Program-made: the position numbers and the translations under genes
Part shown: positions 34,821-44,089 of the stretch, piece after piece
How positions within the stretch are numbered: the first letter of the stretch is position 1
How the letters are laid out: each line of letters opens with the position of its first letter
The notes under the pieces: generated by a model
What the model saw: only the letters and a program-made list of their open reading frames with translations
The model's database searches: none
Told to the model about the DNA's origin: nothing
Source: Mycobacteriales bacterium
Lineage (GTDB): Bacteria > Actinomycetota > Actinomycetes > BP-191
DNA: 64,000 nucleotides
Assembly: GCA_035714365.1 (NCBI GenBank)
Contig: DASTMB010000014.1
Coordinates: 55,720 to 119,719 of the forward strand
Direction: 5' to 3'

Positions 34821-37800
34821 ATGGAAGGTGCGTTCATCCTCGCGCGCGGCGACGAGCTCAGCCGCTTTCGGTCGTTGCTGGACGAGGTGCTGGAGAGCGC
34901 CCGGCATCCGTCGTTGACGAGCAGCAGTTACCTGGTCGTGATCCACGGTCTCGGGGGGATCGGCAAGACTGAGCTGTGGAAGCGCTACTGCGGAATCACT
35001 CGGGGTGACCTCGAGGACGACCTCCGCTTCCGCAGTAGGTTCACCCTCGCCGAGCTGGACTGGGAGATTGATCGCGAACGCAACCCGGGGGACTATTCGG
35101 CGACGGGACCCACTCTGGTGCGTGCGCTCAACGCGCTCTACCAGACCTTGGCCGCGGCTATGTCGTCCAAGAACCACCAGGGGCACGCGGAGAAGGCTTT
35201 CAAGCGATATCGGGAGCTCGCAGCGCAGCAGATTACCGGTCTACCGCGCGCAAATGATCCTCAGGGCTCGGCGCTGCAGACTGCGATCGAGTCGCTGGCG
35301 GACGTGGTGGGACCCGTCGACCCGACGCCCATGCGCGCCGCGGCGAAGAGTACCAAGGCTCTCGCCGCCATGGTCGGTGCCTTCGATACCGAACGCCGGC
35401 GCCGCAGGGGGGCCATGAACAGTGCCGACCTTGAGGCGGTGGCGCGCCCGGAACGGGCACTCACCACTGCGTTTGTCGCCGGCCTTCGTGACCTGACCCG
35501 CCATATCCCACCGATCGTGATCGCGCTGGACACGGCGGAGATCCTGGGCGACGCGCGAATCCCGCTGTTCGACGTGATCAACAGCCAGATCCCGCAGGTG
35601 GTCTGGGTACTGGCGATGCGGCTGGCCGGTACCGACAGTCAGGACGATTCGGTCGCTACCCGCTACCTGCGCGAAATGCCCTCCTCCCATCTGCGGGTCA
35701 TCGTGCCATCTCGGTTCAACGTTCCGGATATCGCGGAATACCTACACCGTCGCCTTGGCTACGCAGCCTCGGCGCCGGTCACTCCATCTGCAGTCCTCGC
35801 GCTTACCCAGGGCATCCCGCTCGCGGTACGGCTGCTGGCCGACCTGCTCGGGCGAGGAGCCGATCCGGTGGAAGCGCTGAAGGCGGTGTCGGACGATGGC
35901 GAGGTATCGACGGTCGTCACCAGCCTGGCCCGCCGCTATCTCGTCCACATTGCCGATCAACCCGACGCGCACGAGGACCTCCAGCGCATTTATGGCCTGG
36001 CACTGCTGCGCGGCGAGCGTGCTGATCCAGAATTGCTGGCCGCACTGTGGGGCGTGCCGCCATCGGATCTCGCCGTCGTGACAAGCCGGTTGATTCACAG
36101 GCACGATTTCGTTCGCAGCCGCGGTATGGAGCTACACCAGGACGTCCGGGATACGATCCGCGCCTACCTGCTCAACCCCGAGCGGCGAGCCGAGGTACAG
36201 GCCGCGAACAGGCGCGCAGTCGGTGTCCTGCGAGCTCGCACCGGGGCGCTCGGCCCAGTGACGATTGAAGAACAACTGGCCAGCGACGACTGGTGTACGG
36301 CGGCGCTCAACCTCCTCTGGCACACCCTGTGGGTCGATAGCCGAGAGGGGGTTCGCCTCCTTGCCCACCTGCTCCCCGCGTCGTATGTGCTCCGCCCGCA
36401 ATTTGCCCTCGCGTTACTCCAGGTCGCCGGCGAGTTCGGGCCGGTATGCACGGCGGAACTGCGCGAAGTGGTGGGCGGACTGCGATTGCTGATGCCGAGC
36501 TCGCCGTTCGTGATGGCGATCGGGACCGCACTGCGCCAGGCTCGCCAGCAGGGCGCATCCGACGCGATCCTCGACCGCGATCCTACCCAGGCCGCTGTAG
36601 CCTGGCTCGAAGCCGGAAGCGCCCTCCCGGAACCCGTGCTCGGCACGGATGTACCGCCAGGCACCCTGATCCCACTGCTGGACCTGTTGCGTCCGCGCCG
36701 GATCGAGGACAGGGCGGACTTGGACCGGTTGCTACTCCAGGCGGAGGCAGTCGACGCCGCGCTGCGGGTGGAGCCGGCTAGACATCCCCGGTTAATAGAG
36801 GCCGCCGCAAACGCAGCAGCTGAGCTGATGTGGTCGTACTACGAGAAGAAGGACTACGAGCGTGCCGCTCGGAGCGGCCACCTTGCGCTTCGACACGAGA
36901 CCGCCGACGTTGTTCGGTGGCACCGCTACTACCGGGTACTCTCTGCATCCGACGACCGAAACGGTGCACTGGCTGCGGCGGACCGGTGCGTTGCGCTCGA
37001 CCCGACGAGTCCGGTCAACCACCACAACCTCGGTGTCGCGCTGCAGGCGCTCGGCCGGCACGAGGAGGCGGTCACCCCGTTCCGGACTGCGGTCGATCTG
37101 GATTCCTCCTCGGCGCGCCGGCTCGCTCTTGCGCGGTGTCTCTTCGCCTGTGGACGGTTCGCGGAGGTGGTCAGCCTGTGCACCGAGGTTCTCGCGACTG
37201 AGGAGATTGCCGAGGCGCGGGTGCTCCGAGGTAACGCCCACGCCAGGTTGGGTCAGGACAACGAAGCGATCGACGACTACCAGGTAGCGGTCACGGGGGA
37301 AACGCCGTCCATTGCGGCGCTCAACAACCTCTATATTGCCCTGGCGCGCTCGGGTCGGCTGGAGGAGGCGCTAGCTGCGATCGACCGTGCGGTTGCGCTC
37401 GACCGCGCATCAGGCACCCACCAGGCGAACCGCGGCGAATGCCTGCTGCTGCTTAGTCGCCACGAGGAAGCCACGGCTGCCCTTCGCCATGCAATCGAAG
37501 ACGAACAGGACCACTTGGAGGCCCGGGTTCTGCTGGCCCTCATGTTGTGGACCACGGCGCCTGAAGCGGCAGTCGCGCTGTGCGAGCAGGCACTGCGCAG
37601 TCAAGGAGAGATGAACTCGCCGTTCCGCGCGGCCGAGCTGCGCGCTATTGCGAAGCTACTGCTCGGGGATGAAGCCGCCGCGGAACAAATTCTGCGCGAC
37701 GCTTCTGCGCGCCGGCTCCGGAGCGACTGGTACCAGGAACCGGTCTACGAGTTGCTTCGCTCATCAGGTGTCGCGGGAGTTGACCGGCTAATCGCGGTGT

Positions 37801-37835
37801 GGCGGGACGGAGAGTCTCCGGCGGTGCCGCTGTGA
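34821..37835 (+). CDS. STAND-type P-loop NTPase (NB-ARC-like, Walker A 'GLGGIGKTE') with a C-terminal TPR repeat array. No recognisable DNA-binding domain.
   Basis: 1004-aa ORF in lower-GC DNA immediately downstream of the tRNA. TPR-like 34-aa periodicity in the last ~300 aa. Confidence 0.8.
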   Translation: MEGAFILARGDELSRFRSLLDEVLESARHPSLTSSSYLVVIHGLGGIGKTELWKRYCGITRGDLEDDLRFRSRFTLAELDWEIDRERNPGDYSATGPTLVRALNALYQTLAAAMSSKNHQGHAEKAFKRYRELAAQQITGLPRANDPQGSALQTAIESLADVVGPVDPTPMRAAAKSTKALAAMVGAFDTERRRRRGAMNSADLEAVARPERALTTAFVAGLRDLTRHIPPIVIALDTAEILGDARIPLFDVINSQIPQVVWVLAMRLAGTDSQDDSVATRYLREMPSSHLRVIVPSRFNVPDIAEYLHRRLGYAASAPVTPSAVLALTQGIPLAVRLLADLLGRGADPVEALKAVSDDGEVSTVVTSLARRYLVHIADQPDAHEDLQRIYGLALLRGERADPELLAALWGVPPSDLAVVTSRLIHRHDFVRSRGMELHQDVRDTIRAYLLNPERRAEVQAANRRAVGVLRARTGALGPVTIEEQLASDDWCTAALNLLWHTLWVDSREGVRLLAHLLPASYVLRPQFALALLQVAGEFGPVCTAELREVVGGLRLLMPSSPFVMAIGTALRQARQQGASDAILDRDPTQAAVAWLEAGSALPEPVLGTDVPPGTLIPLLDLLRPRRIEDRADLDRLLLQAEAVDAALRVEPARHPRLIEAAANAAAELMWSYYEKKDYERAARSGHLALRHETADVVRWHRYYRVLSASDDRNGALAAADRCVALDPTSPVNHHNLGVALQALGRHEEAVTPFRTAVDLDSSSARRLALARCLFACGRFAEVVSLCTEVLATEEIAEARVLRGNAHARLGQDNEAIDDYQVAVTGETPSIAALNNLYIALARSGRLEEALAAIDRAVALDRASGTHQANRGECLLLLSRHEEATAALRHAIEDEQDHLEARVLLALMLWTTAPEAAVALCEQALRSQGEMNSPFRAAELRAIAKLLLGDEAAAEQILRDASARRLRSDWYQEPVYELLRSSGVAGVDRLIAVWRDGESPAVPL

Positions 37836-38185
37836 TCAAGTTGGACGTAGAGCTCCTCAAGCGCGCCCAGCTTGCCGAACTCCCACCGGCGTTCGTCAAC
37901 GTCATCTTGCGATCGACCTACGAGGAACTTGAGATGCGGGTCGGTGCGCGGCTGGCCGCACGGATGTCGGACGCACAGTTCGACGAATTCGAGACATTTA
38001 TAGACAATGACGACGACTCTGGAGCCCTCGCCTGGTTGGAAGCCAACTTCCCAGACTACCGTGAGATAGTAGCTGCAGAGTTCGACCGGCTGGTGGACGA
38101 GTTAGGTGCGGTCAGCCAGGAGGTCCGAGATATGGCGTTCGCATTGCTGCCCCCGTCCGACAGTCACGCGCGTGCCTTGTGGTAA
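37832..38185 (+). CDS. Small acidic hypothetical protein (117 aa), translationally coupled to the STAND NTPase by a GTGA overlap
   Basis: Start overlaps the upstream stop. No recognisable domain. Confidence 0.5.
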   Translation: MIKLDVELLKRAQLAELPPAFVNVILRSTYEELEMRVGARLAARMSDAQFDEFETFIDNDDDSGALAWLEANFPDYREIVAAEFDRLVDELGAVSQEVRDMAFALLPPSDSHARALW

Positions 38186-38423
38186 CCAGCACTCCTCGGA
38201 CAGGGCGGCGCCGGGTCGCGGCCTGTGCGTAGACCGACGCGGCCGTAGCCTCACGAGCCCTTCCGGAACAGCGTGGAGGAGGTCGACTCGGCGTAATTCC
38301 ACAATCGAACTGCCCGGTGCTCGACCGCAGCTCGTCCACGGCTGATACGTGTCCGGACTGTCCAGGAAGGCCATGTTGCGGCACCATGGCGGCTCCCCGC
38401 ACACCACCCTCGAAGGAGCGCAC

Positions 38424-38606
38424 ATGCCCGTCCGCCGCACGCTGTCCCTCAAGCGCGAGGTGCTCCAGGAGCTGACCGACGGTGACCTCCAGGTCATCGG
38501 CGGCGCCGGCCCGGACACCAAGGAGACGCTCTACAGCTGCCTGGCCTTCCAGAGCTGCCGGATCGTCAACTGCGGTGCCCTCGAGACGGCGATCTGCCCC
38601 GTCTGA
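38424..38606 (+). CDS. Precursor-like peptide 1 (60 aa). Double-glycine-type leader 'LSLKREVLQELTDGDLQVIGG', then a 4-Cys core 'AGPDTKETLYSCLAFQSCRIVNCGALETAICPV'.
   Basis: GAAGGAG RBS. Conserved leader shared with two paralogs downstream. Strong hairpin immediately 3'. Confidence 0.6.
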   Translation: MPVRRTLSLKREVLQELTDGDLQVIGGAGPDTKETLYSCLAFQSCRIVNCGALETAICPV

Positions 38607-38616
38607 CGCACCCGGA

Positions 38617-38664
38617 CGAACGGGCCCCGGTCCGGCGCGCACCGACGCGCCGCCGGGGCCCGTT
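38617..38664 (+). terminator. Compound hairpin: 13-bp perfect stem gaacgggccccgg/ccggggcccgttc enclosing an inner stem cggcgcg/cgcgccg
   Basis: Direct reading, 11 nt after the stop of peptide 1. Confidence 0.6.
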
Positions 38665-38697
38665 CGCGTTCCCGGCCGCGGCGGTAGCGTCTCCGCC

Positions 38698-39207
38698 GTG
38701 GAGGTCGCGGAGGCGCTGGAGGTCCTGTCCCGCACGCCGGGGGCGCTGCGCGCGCTGCTCGGCGGGCTGCCGGACGCCTGGCTGCGGTGCGGCGGCGCGG
38801 ACGACTGGGGTCCGGCCGAGGTGCTCGCGCACCTGGTCGAGGGGGAGCTGACCGACTGGCTGCCGCGGCTGCGCACGATCCTCGCCCACGGCACGGAGCG
38901 GGCGTTCGCGCCGTTCGACCGCACGACGGTGCCGGCGGTCGGCGGCGACCCGCTGGAACGCTTCGCCGGCCTGCGCGCGGCGAACGTCGCGGCCGTGCGC
39001 GATCTCGGCCCGCTCGACCTCGACGCGCGTGGCGTCCACCCCGAGCTGGGCGAGGTCACGCTCGGCGAGCTGCTGGCGACGTGGGCGGTCCACGACCTGG
39101 CGCACGTCGCGCAGGTGGCCGAGGCGATGGCCCGGAGCCGGCGCGACGAGGTCGGCCCGTGGCGGGCATACCTGCCCGTGCTGGACCGCGGTCCCGCCAC
39201 CGACTGA
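38698..39207 (+). CDS. DinB_2/DinB-family four-helix-bundle metalloenzyme-like protein (family of mycothiol/bacillithiol transferases)
   Basis: 'AHLVEGE...W' and 'WAVHDLAHVAQ' His-containing helices. The start is uncertain (GTG 38698). Confidence 0.55.
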   Translation: MEVAEALEVLSRTPGALRALLGGLPDAWLRCGGADDWGPAEVLAHLVEGELTDWLPRLRTILAHGTERAFAPFDRTTVPAVGGDPLERFAGLRAANVAAVRDLGPLDLDARGVHPELGEVTLGELLATWAVHDLAHVAQVAEAMARSRRDEVGPWRAYLPVLDRGPATD

Positions 39208-39293
39208 CGCCGCTCCCGCGGCGCGCGGGTCTGTCGCCGTTGCCCCTGGTGGTGCAGGATGTCGCCGACGTCCCCCGCCCCGCAGGAGTCCTG

Positions 39294-39467
39294 ATGCGTC
39301 GCACCCTCTGCCTCAAGCGCGAGGCCCTCGCCGAGCTCGGCACCGCCGACCTGGTTGGCATCGGCGGCGCCGGGGGCGCAACCGGCTTCAGCTGCCTCGA
39401 CTACGTGAGCTGCTACCCGTGGGACTGCCTGCCCCAGACGCTGGTCTGCGTCGAGGGCGCCCGGTGA
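39294..39467 (+). CDS. Precursor-like peptide 2 (57 aa). Leader 'LCLKREALAELGTADLVGIGG', core 'AGGATGFSCLDYVSCYPWDCLPQTLVCVEGAR'.
   Basis: GCAGGAG RBS. Paralog of peptide 1. Confidence 0.55.
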   Translation: MRRTLCLKREALAELGTADLVGIGGAGGATGFSCLDYVSCYPWDCLPQTLVCVEGAR

Positions 39468-39637
39468 AGCGCCGCCTGGTGCTCCGGCGCGAGGCGCTGG
39501 CCGAGGTCACGCCCGACGACCTGCGCGCCGTCGGCGGCGCGGCGACGCTGGCGGGCGCCTGCGGCGCGCTGACGGTGTTCGTGCAGGGCTGCGTCTCGGA
39601 CCCGCGGTTCTGCAACTACGTCACGGACCTCTGCTAG
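39464..39637 (+). CDS. Precursor-like peptide 3 (57 aa). Leader 'LVLRREALAEVTPDDLRAVGG', core 'AATLAGACGALTVFVQGCVSDPRFCNYVTDLC'.
   Basis: GTGA overlap with peptide 2. Paralog. Confidence 0.5.
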   Translation: MKRRLVLRREALAEVTPDDLRAVGGAATLAGACGALTVFVQGCVSDPRFCNYVTDLC

Positions 39638-39641
39638 CCGC

Positions 39642-41030
39642 TCACCGGACGGCGGTGAGGTGGCCCATCACCAGCTCGTCGCCGAGCGCGCTGTCGACGA
39701 ACGCGCCCCACACGCTGCCGTCCGGTGCCAGCGCCACGTCGATGAAGTCGAGCACGCCGTCGTCGCACCGTCCCGGCCCGCACGTGCCGTGGACGAACGC
39801 CGCGTCGTCGCCGCGGGTCACCGGCCCGGACCAGATCAACGGCTTCCGGTCGAGCGGCCGCTGTACCAGCCCGAGGTAGCCGGTGAACGTCGTGTCGGCG
39901 TACGAGCCGGTCCACGGCGCCCGGGGCGAGTTGGTGGAGCCCATGTAGGCGATGGCGAGCCGGCCGCGGGAGTCGAGGTCGAGCGACGGCCCCCACGCCT
40001 CGCGCAGCCCCGGCGGCGCGACGCGCAGGGGAGCGCCGAACGTCTGCCCGCCGTCGCGGGACACGGCGAGGTACGGCAGCCGGTCCTTCGCCATCCAGAG
40101 GTAGAACACGTTCCCCTTGGCGTCGGCGGCGACGGCGGCCTCGTGGTCGCTCTGGCCGCTGCCGGGCGCGACGAGGCCGAAGCCGCCGCTGACGGAGGTG
40201 TTCATGCCGTTCTTCGCGACCTGGGTGCGCGTCCACGTGACGCCCTCGTCGCGGGAGACGGCGAGCCACGGCTGGCCGCACCAGCCGCGCGGGACGTAGA
40301 GGGCGCCGTCGCCGCCGACCCAGATGGGCCCGTTGTCGCCGTTGCAGTGGCCGGGGACGCCGGCGTCGCCGGAGCCCTCGCCCACGCCGTACGGGCTGGG
40401 GTCGTTGAACGCGAACGTCCCGGTCGGCGCCCACGTCAGGCCGCCGTCGTTCGAGCGGGCGCAGCCGGTCGCGAACGAGTAGCCGTTGTAGCCCATGGTC
40501 TGCGAGCAGTTGTAGACGACGTTGGGGTACCCGACGGCGGGGACGGTGGTGGCCGGGCCGGCGGCGATGGTCTGGTGGTCGGACTGGTTGCAGGCGGCGG
40601 GCGCGTGCGTCCATGTCTCGCCGCGGTCGTCGCTCCACGACAGGAGCTGGCAGGTGCCGGCGAGGTCGGACTTGTAGACGCGCGAGGTGGCGTTGTCCAC
40701 GTACAGGTACGGGTCGAGCGTGGTGGCGTGCCCGTCGAGCGACAGGCGGGACCAGTGGCGGCCGCCGTCGGTGGAGCGGGCGACCTGCGCCTGCACGTCC
40801 GACCAGATGGTGCCGTCCTTGGCGATGCCGATGTTCGGCTCCCCGGCGTTGCGGAAGCCGGTGCGGAACGTCTCGACCCGCGGCGGCGTGCCGGTGGTCC
40901 GCGCGGGGGCGCCGCCCGGGTAGAACGCCGTGGCGCGCGCGCTGCCGGCGGCGTCGGACGCGCCGCCGAGCGCGGCGCAGGCGAGGGCACCGGCGGCGAG
41001 CGCGGTGGCGGCACGGGCGCGGGATCGCAT
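39642..41030 (-). CDS. Secreted BNR/Asp-box repeat protein (sialidase/glycosyl-hydrolase-like beta-propeller)
   Basis: Signal peptide. Repeated 'S.DGG.TW' Asp-box motifs (STDGGRHW, SDDRGETW, SNDGGLTW, SRDEGVTW, SRDGGQTF). Confidence 0.7.
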   Translation of the reverse strand: MRSRARAATALAAGALACAALGGASDAAGSARATAFYPGGAPARTTGTPPRVETFRTGFRNAGEPNIGIAKDGTIWSDVQAQVARSTDGGRHWSRLSLDGHATTLDPYLYVDNATSRVYKSDLAGTCQLLSWSDDRGETWTHAPAACNQSDHQTIAAGPATTVPAVGYPNVVYNCSQTMGYNGYSFATGCARSNDGGLTWAPTGTFAFNDPSPYGVGEGSGDAGVPGHCNGDNGPIWVGGDGALYVPRGWCGQPWLAVSRDEGVTWTRTQVAKNGMNTSVSGGFGLVAPGSGQSDHEAAVAADAKGNVFYLWMAKDRLPYLAVSRDGGQTFGAPLRVAPPGLREAWGPSLDLDSRGRLAIAYMGSTNSPRAPWTGSYADTTFTGYLGLVQRPLDRKPLIWSGPVTRGDDAAFVHGTCGPGRCDDGVLDFIDVALAPDGSVWGAFVDSALGDELVMGHLTAVR

Positions 41031-41081
41031 GGGTACGGCGTTCGGCGCGGCGGGCGGCGATCCCTGCGTAGCATCCGGCGG

Positions 41082-42191
41082 GTGGCACGGGTCGGGGACT
41101 GGGTGGCGGCGCTGGAGGCGCTGTACGACCCGTCGTGGGCGGAGGACTGGGACGCCGTCGGCCTGGTCGCCGGCGACCCGGACGCGCCGGCGGACGAGGC
41201 GGTGTTCGCGATCGACCCGGTCGCGGCGACGGTGGACGAGGCGGTCGCGCGCGGCGCGAAGCTGCTCGTCACGCACCACCCGTTGCTGCTGCGCGCGGTC
41301 CACGGCGTGCCCGCGACCGACTATAAGGGGCGGCTGGTCGACCGGCTGGTCCGCGAGGGCATCGCCCTCTACGTCGCGCACACCAACGCCGACGTCGCCT
41401 CGCCCGGCGTCTCCGACGTGCTCGCCGGGACGCTCGGCGTCCGGGACGCGCTGCCGCTCGCGCCCGGCCCGCCCGACGACGCCGCGAAGATCGTCGTCTA
41501 CGTCCCGCCGGACGCGACCGACCGCGTGGTCGACGCGCTGAGCGCCGCCGGCGCCGGGCAGATCGGCGGGTACGCGCGGTGCGCGTGGTGGACCGAGGGG
41601 ACGGGGACGTTCGAGCCGGGTCCCGGCACCCACCCGGCCGTCGGCGAGCCGGGGGAGCGGACCGAGACGCCCGAACGCCGCGTGGAGCTGGTGGTCCCGC
41701 ACGCGCGGGTCCCGGCGGCGGTGCGCGCGCTGCTGGCGGCGCACCCGTACGAGGAGCCGGCGTACGACGTCGTCCCGGTGCTGCTCCCGCACGACCGCGG
41801 CGCGGGCCGCGTCGGGGAGCTGGCGGAGCCGACGACGCTGGGGGAGTTCGCCGCGCTGGTGGCGCGGGCGCTGCCCACGACGGCGCAGCCGGTGCGGGTC
41901 GCGGGCGACGCGGCGGCGCCGGTGCGCCGCGTCGCGGTCTGCGGCGGCGGGGGCGACGACCTCATCGACGCCGCCCGCCGCGCCGGCGCCGACGTCTACG
42001 TCACCGCCGACCTGCGCCACCACCCCGTCTCGGAGGCGCGCGAGCGTGGCCTGGCGCTCATCGACGCCGGCCACTGGGCGACGGAGTGGCCGTGGCTGGC
42101 CGACGCGGCCGAGCGGGTGACCCGTAGGGTGGACGGCGTACGCGCCCACGTCTCCACGATCGTCACCGACCCCTGGAGCCTCCTCGCGTGA
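41082..42191 (+). CDS. Nif3-family dinuclear metal centre protein (YqfO/GTP cyclohydrolase I type 2 homologue)
   Basis: 'LLVTHHPLLL' and 'LIDAGHWATE' motifs. Confidence 0.75.
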   Translation: MARVGDWVAALEALYDPSWAEDWDAVGLVAGDPDAPADEAVFAIDPVAATVDEAVARGAKLLVTHHPLLLRAVHGVPATDYKGRLVDRLVREGIALYVAHTNADVASPGVSDVLAGTLGVRDALPLAPGPPDDAAKIVVYVPPDATDRVVDALSAAGAGQIGGYARCAWWTEGTGTFEPGPGTHPAVGEPGERTETPERRVELVVPHARVPAAVRALLAAHPYEEPAYDVVPVLLPHDRGAGRVGELAEPTTLGEFAALVARALPTTAQPVRVAGDAAAPVRRVAVCGGGGDDLIDAARRAGADVYVTADLRHHPVSEARERGLALIDAGHWATEWPWLADAAERVTRRVDGVRAHVSTIVTDPWSLLA

Positions 42192-42931
42192 AAGCACCGC
42201 CCGCCGCCCAGCTCCGCCTGCTCGACCTGCAGGAGCTCGACACCGCGCTCGACCGCCTCGCGCACCGGCGCCGCACGCTGCCCGAGCTGGCCGCGATCGA
42301 GGCCGCCGAGGCGCGACTGACCGAGCTGCGCGACGCCGTCATCGGCGCCGAGACCGAGCTCTCCGACGCCGACCGCGAGCAGCGCAAGGTCGAGAACGAC
42401 GTCGACCTCGTCCGCACCCGCATGACCCGCGACCAGCAGCGCCTCGACAGCGGCAACGTCTCCAGCGCCAAGGAGCTGGAGAACCTCCAGCACGAGCTCG
42501 GCACGCTCGCCAAGCGGCAGGCCGACCTCGAGGAGGTCGTCCTCGAGCACATGGAACGCCGCGAGGAGATCGAGTCGCGGCTGACCGCATTGCAGGCCGA
42601 ACGCGCCCGCGTCACCGCCGACCTGGAGGGCGCGGGGGCGCGGCGGGACGCGGCGTTCGCGGAGATCGACGCGGAGGCGGCGGCGCGTTCGACGGAACGC
42701 TCGTCGGTCGCGGCGGAGCTGCCGGCCGACCTGCTCGCGCTGTACGAGAAGGTCCGCGCGTCCTCCGGCGGCCAGGGCGCCGCGGCGCTGCACCGCGGCC
42801 AGTGCCAGGGCTGCCACCTGTCGTTGCCGCCGAACGACCTGGCGGCGTTCCGGGCGGCGCCGGAGGACGAGGTGCTGCGCTGCGAGGAGTGCCGGCGCAT
42901 CCTCGTGCGCCGTCCCGACAGCGGGCTGTAG
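42188..42931 (+). CDS. C4-type zinc-ribbon / coiled-coil protein (DUF164-like), the usual partner of Nif3
   Basis: Coiled-coil body. C-terminal 'CQGCHLSLPP...CEECRRIL'. Confidence 0.7.
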   Translation: MKAPPAAQLRLLDLQELDTALDRLAHRRRTLPELAAIEAAEARLTELRDAVIGAETELSDADREQRKVENDVDLVRTRMTRDQQRLDSGNVSSAKELENLQHELGTLAKRQADLEEVVLEHMERREEIESRLTALQAERARVTADLEGAGARRDAAFAEIDAEAAARSTERSSVAAELPADLLALYEKVRASSGGQGAAALHRGQCQGCHLSLPPNDLAAFRAAPEDEVLRCEECRRILVRRPDSGL

Positions 42932-44077
42932 GTGGGGCGGCGCGTCGTCGTCGAGGCCGACGGCGGGTCCCGGGGCAACCCCGGCCCGGCCGGCTACGGC
43001 GCCGTCGTGCGCGACGCGGACAGCGGCGAGGTGCTCGCCGAGGTCGCGGCCGGGATCGGCCGGGCCAGCAACAACGTCGCGGAGTACCGCGGCCTCCTCG
43101 CCGGCCTGACCGCGGCGATCGGGCTCGGCGACGTGGACGACGTCGAGGTCCGGATGGACTCCAAGCTCGTGGTCGAGCAGATGGCCGGCCGCTGGCAGGT
43201 CAAGCACCCGGACATGCGCACGCTGCGCCGCGAGGCGGCGGAGCTGGTCGCGCGGCTGCCGCGGGTGACGTTCACGCACGTCCCCCGCGCGCGCAACGCG
43301 CACGCCGACCGGCTCGCCAACGAGGCGATGGACGCGGCGGCGCGCGGCGAGACGTGGGAGCGCGGTCCGCGCGGCGCGGCGCCGGCGGCCGTCGAGGCCC
43401 CGGCGGCGCGGCCCACCGGCTGGCAGCTCGCGCGCGGCGAGCCGACGTCGTTGCTGCTGCTCCGGCACGGGCAGACCGCCATGAGCGTCGAACGCCGCTT
43501 CTCCGGCAGCGGCGACCCGCCGCTCACCCAGGTGGGCCGCGCCCAGGCGGCCGCGTTGGCGGGGCGGGTGGCGGCGATGCCGGGGCCGTTCGCGGCGGTG
43601 GTGTCGTCGCCGCTGGCCCGCGCGCGCCAGACCGCCGAGCCGGTGGCGGCGGCGTTGGGGCTCGACGTCGTCGTGGACGAACGCCTGCGCGAGACGGACT
43701 TCGGCGCGTGGGAGGGGCTGACGTTCGGCGAGATCCGCGAACGCGACCCCGAGGGGCTGCAGGACTGGCTGGACGACCCGGCGGTGCCGGCGCCGGGCGG
43801 GGAGTCGTTCGCGCAGGTGGGGCGGCGGGTGCGGCAGGCGCGCGACGCGCTGCTCGCCGAGCACGGCGGCGCGAGCGTCGTCGTCGTGACCCACGTCACG
43901 CCGGTCAAGCTGCTGCTCTCGCTCGCGCTCGACGCGCCCACCGTGCTGTACCGCGTCAACCTCGACCTCGCGTCGATCTCGCAGGCCGAGTGGTACCCCG
44001 ACGGCAACGCCGTCGTCCGCCGCGTCAACGACACCGCGCACCTCGAGGGGCTTGACGAGGCCGCCCTTCACGTGTGA
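42932..44077 (+). CDS. Bifunctional RNase H-like / histidine-phosphatase (CobC-like) protein
   Basis: N-terminal 'VEADGGSRGNPGPAGYG...NNVAEY' RNase H fold. C-terminal 'LLLLRHGQT' RHG phosphoglycerate-mutase motif. Confidence 0.8.
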   Translation: MGRRVVVEADGGSRGNPGPAGYGAVVRDADSGEVLAEVAAGIGRASNNVAEYRGLLAGLTAAIGLGDVDDVEVRMDSKLVVEQMAGRWQVKHPDMRTLRREAAELVARLPRVTFTHVPRARNAHADRLANEAMDAAARGETWERGPRGAAPAAVEAPAARPTGWQLARGEPTSLLLLRHGQTAMSVERRFSGSGDPPLTQVGRAQAAALAGRVAAMPGPFAAVVSSPLARARQTAEPVAAALGLDVVVDERLRETDFGAWEGLTFGEIRERDPEGLQDWLDDPAVPAPGGESFAQVGRRVRQARDALLAEHGGASVVVVTHVTPVKLLLSLALDAPTVLYRVNLDLASISQAEWYPDGNAVVRRVNDTAHLEGLDEAALHV

Positions 44078-44089
44078 CTGTCTGGTCAC

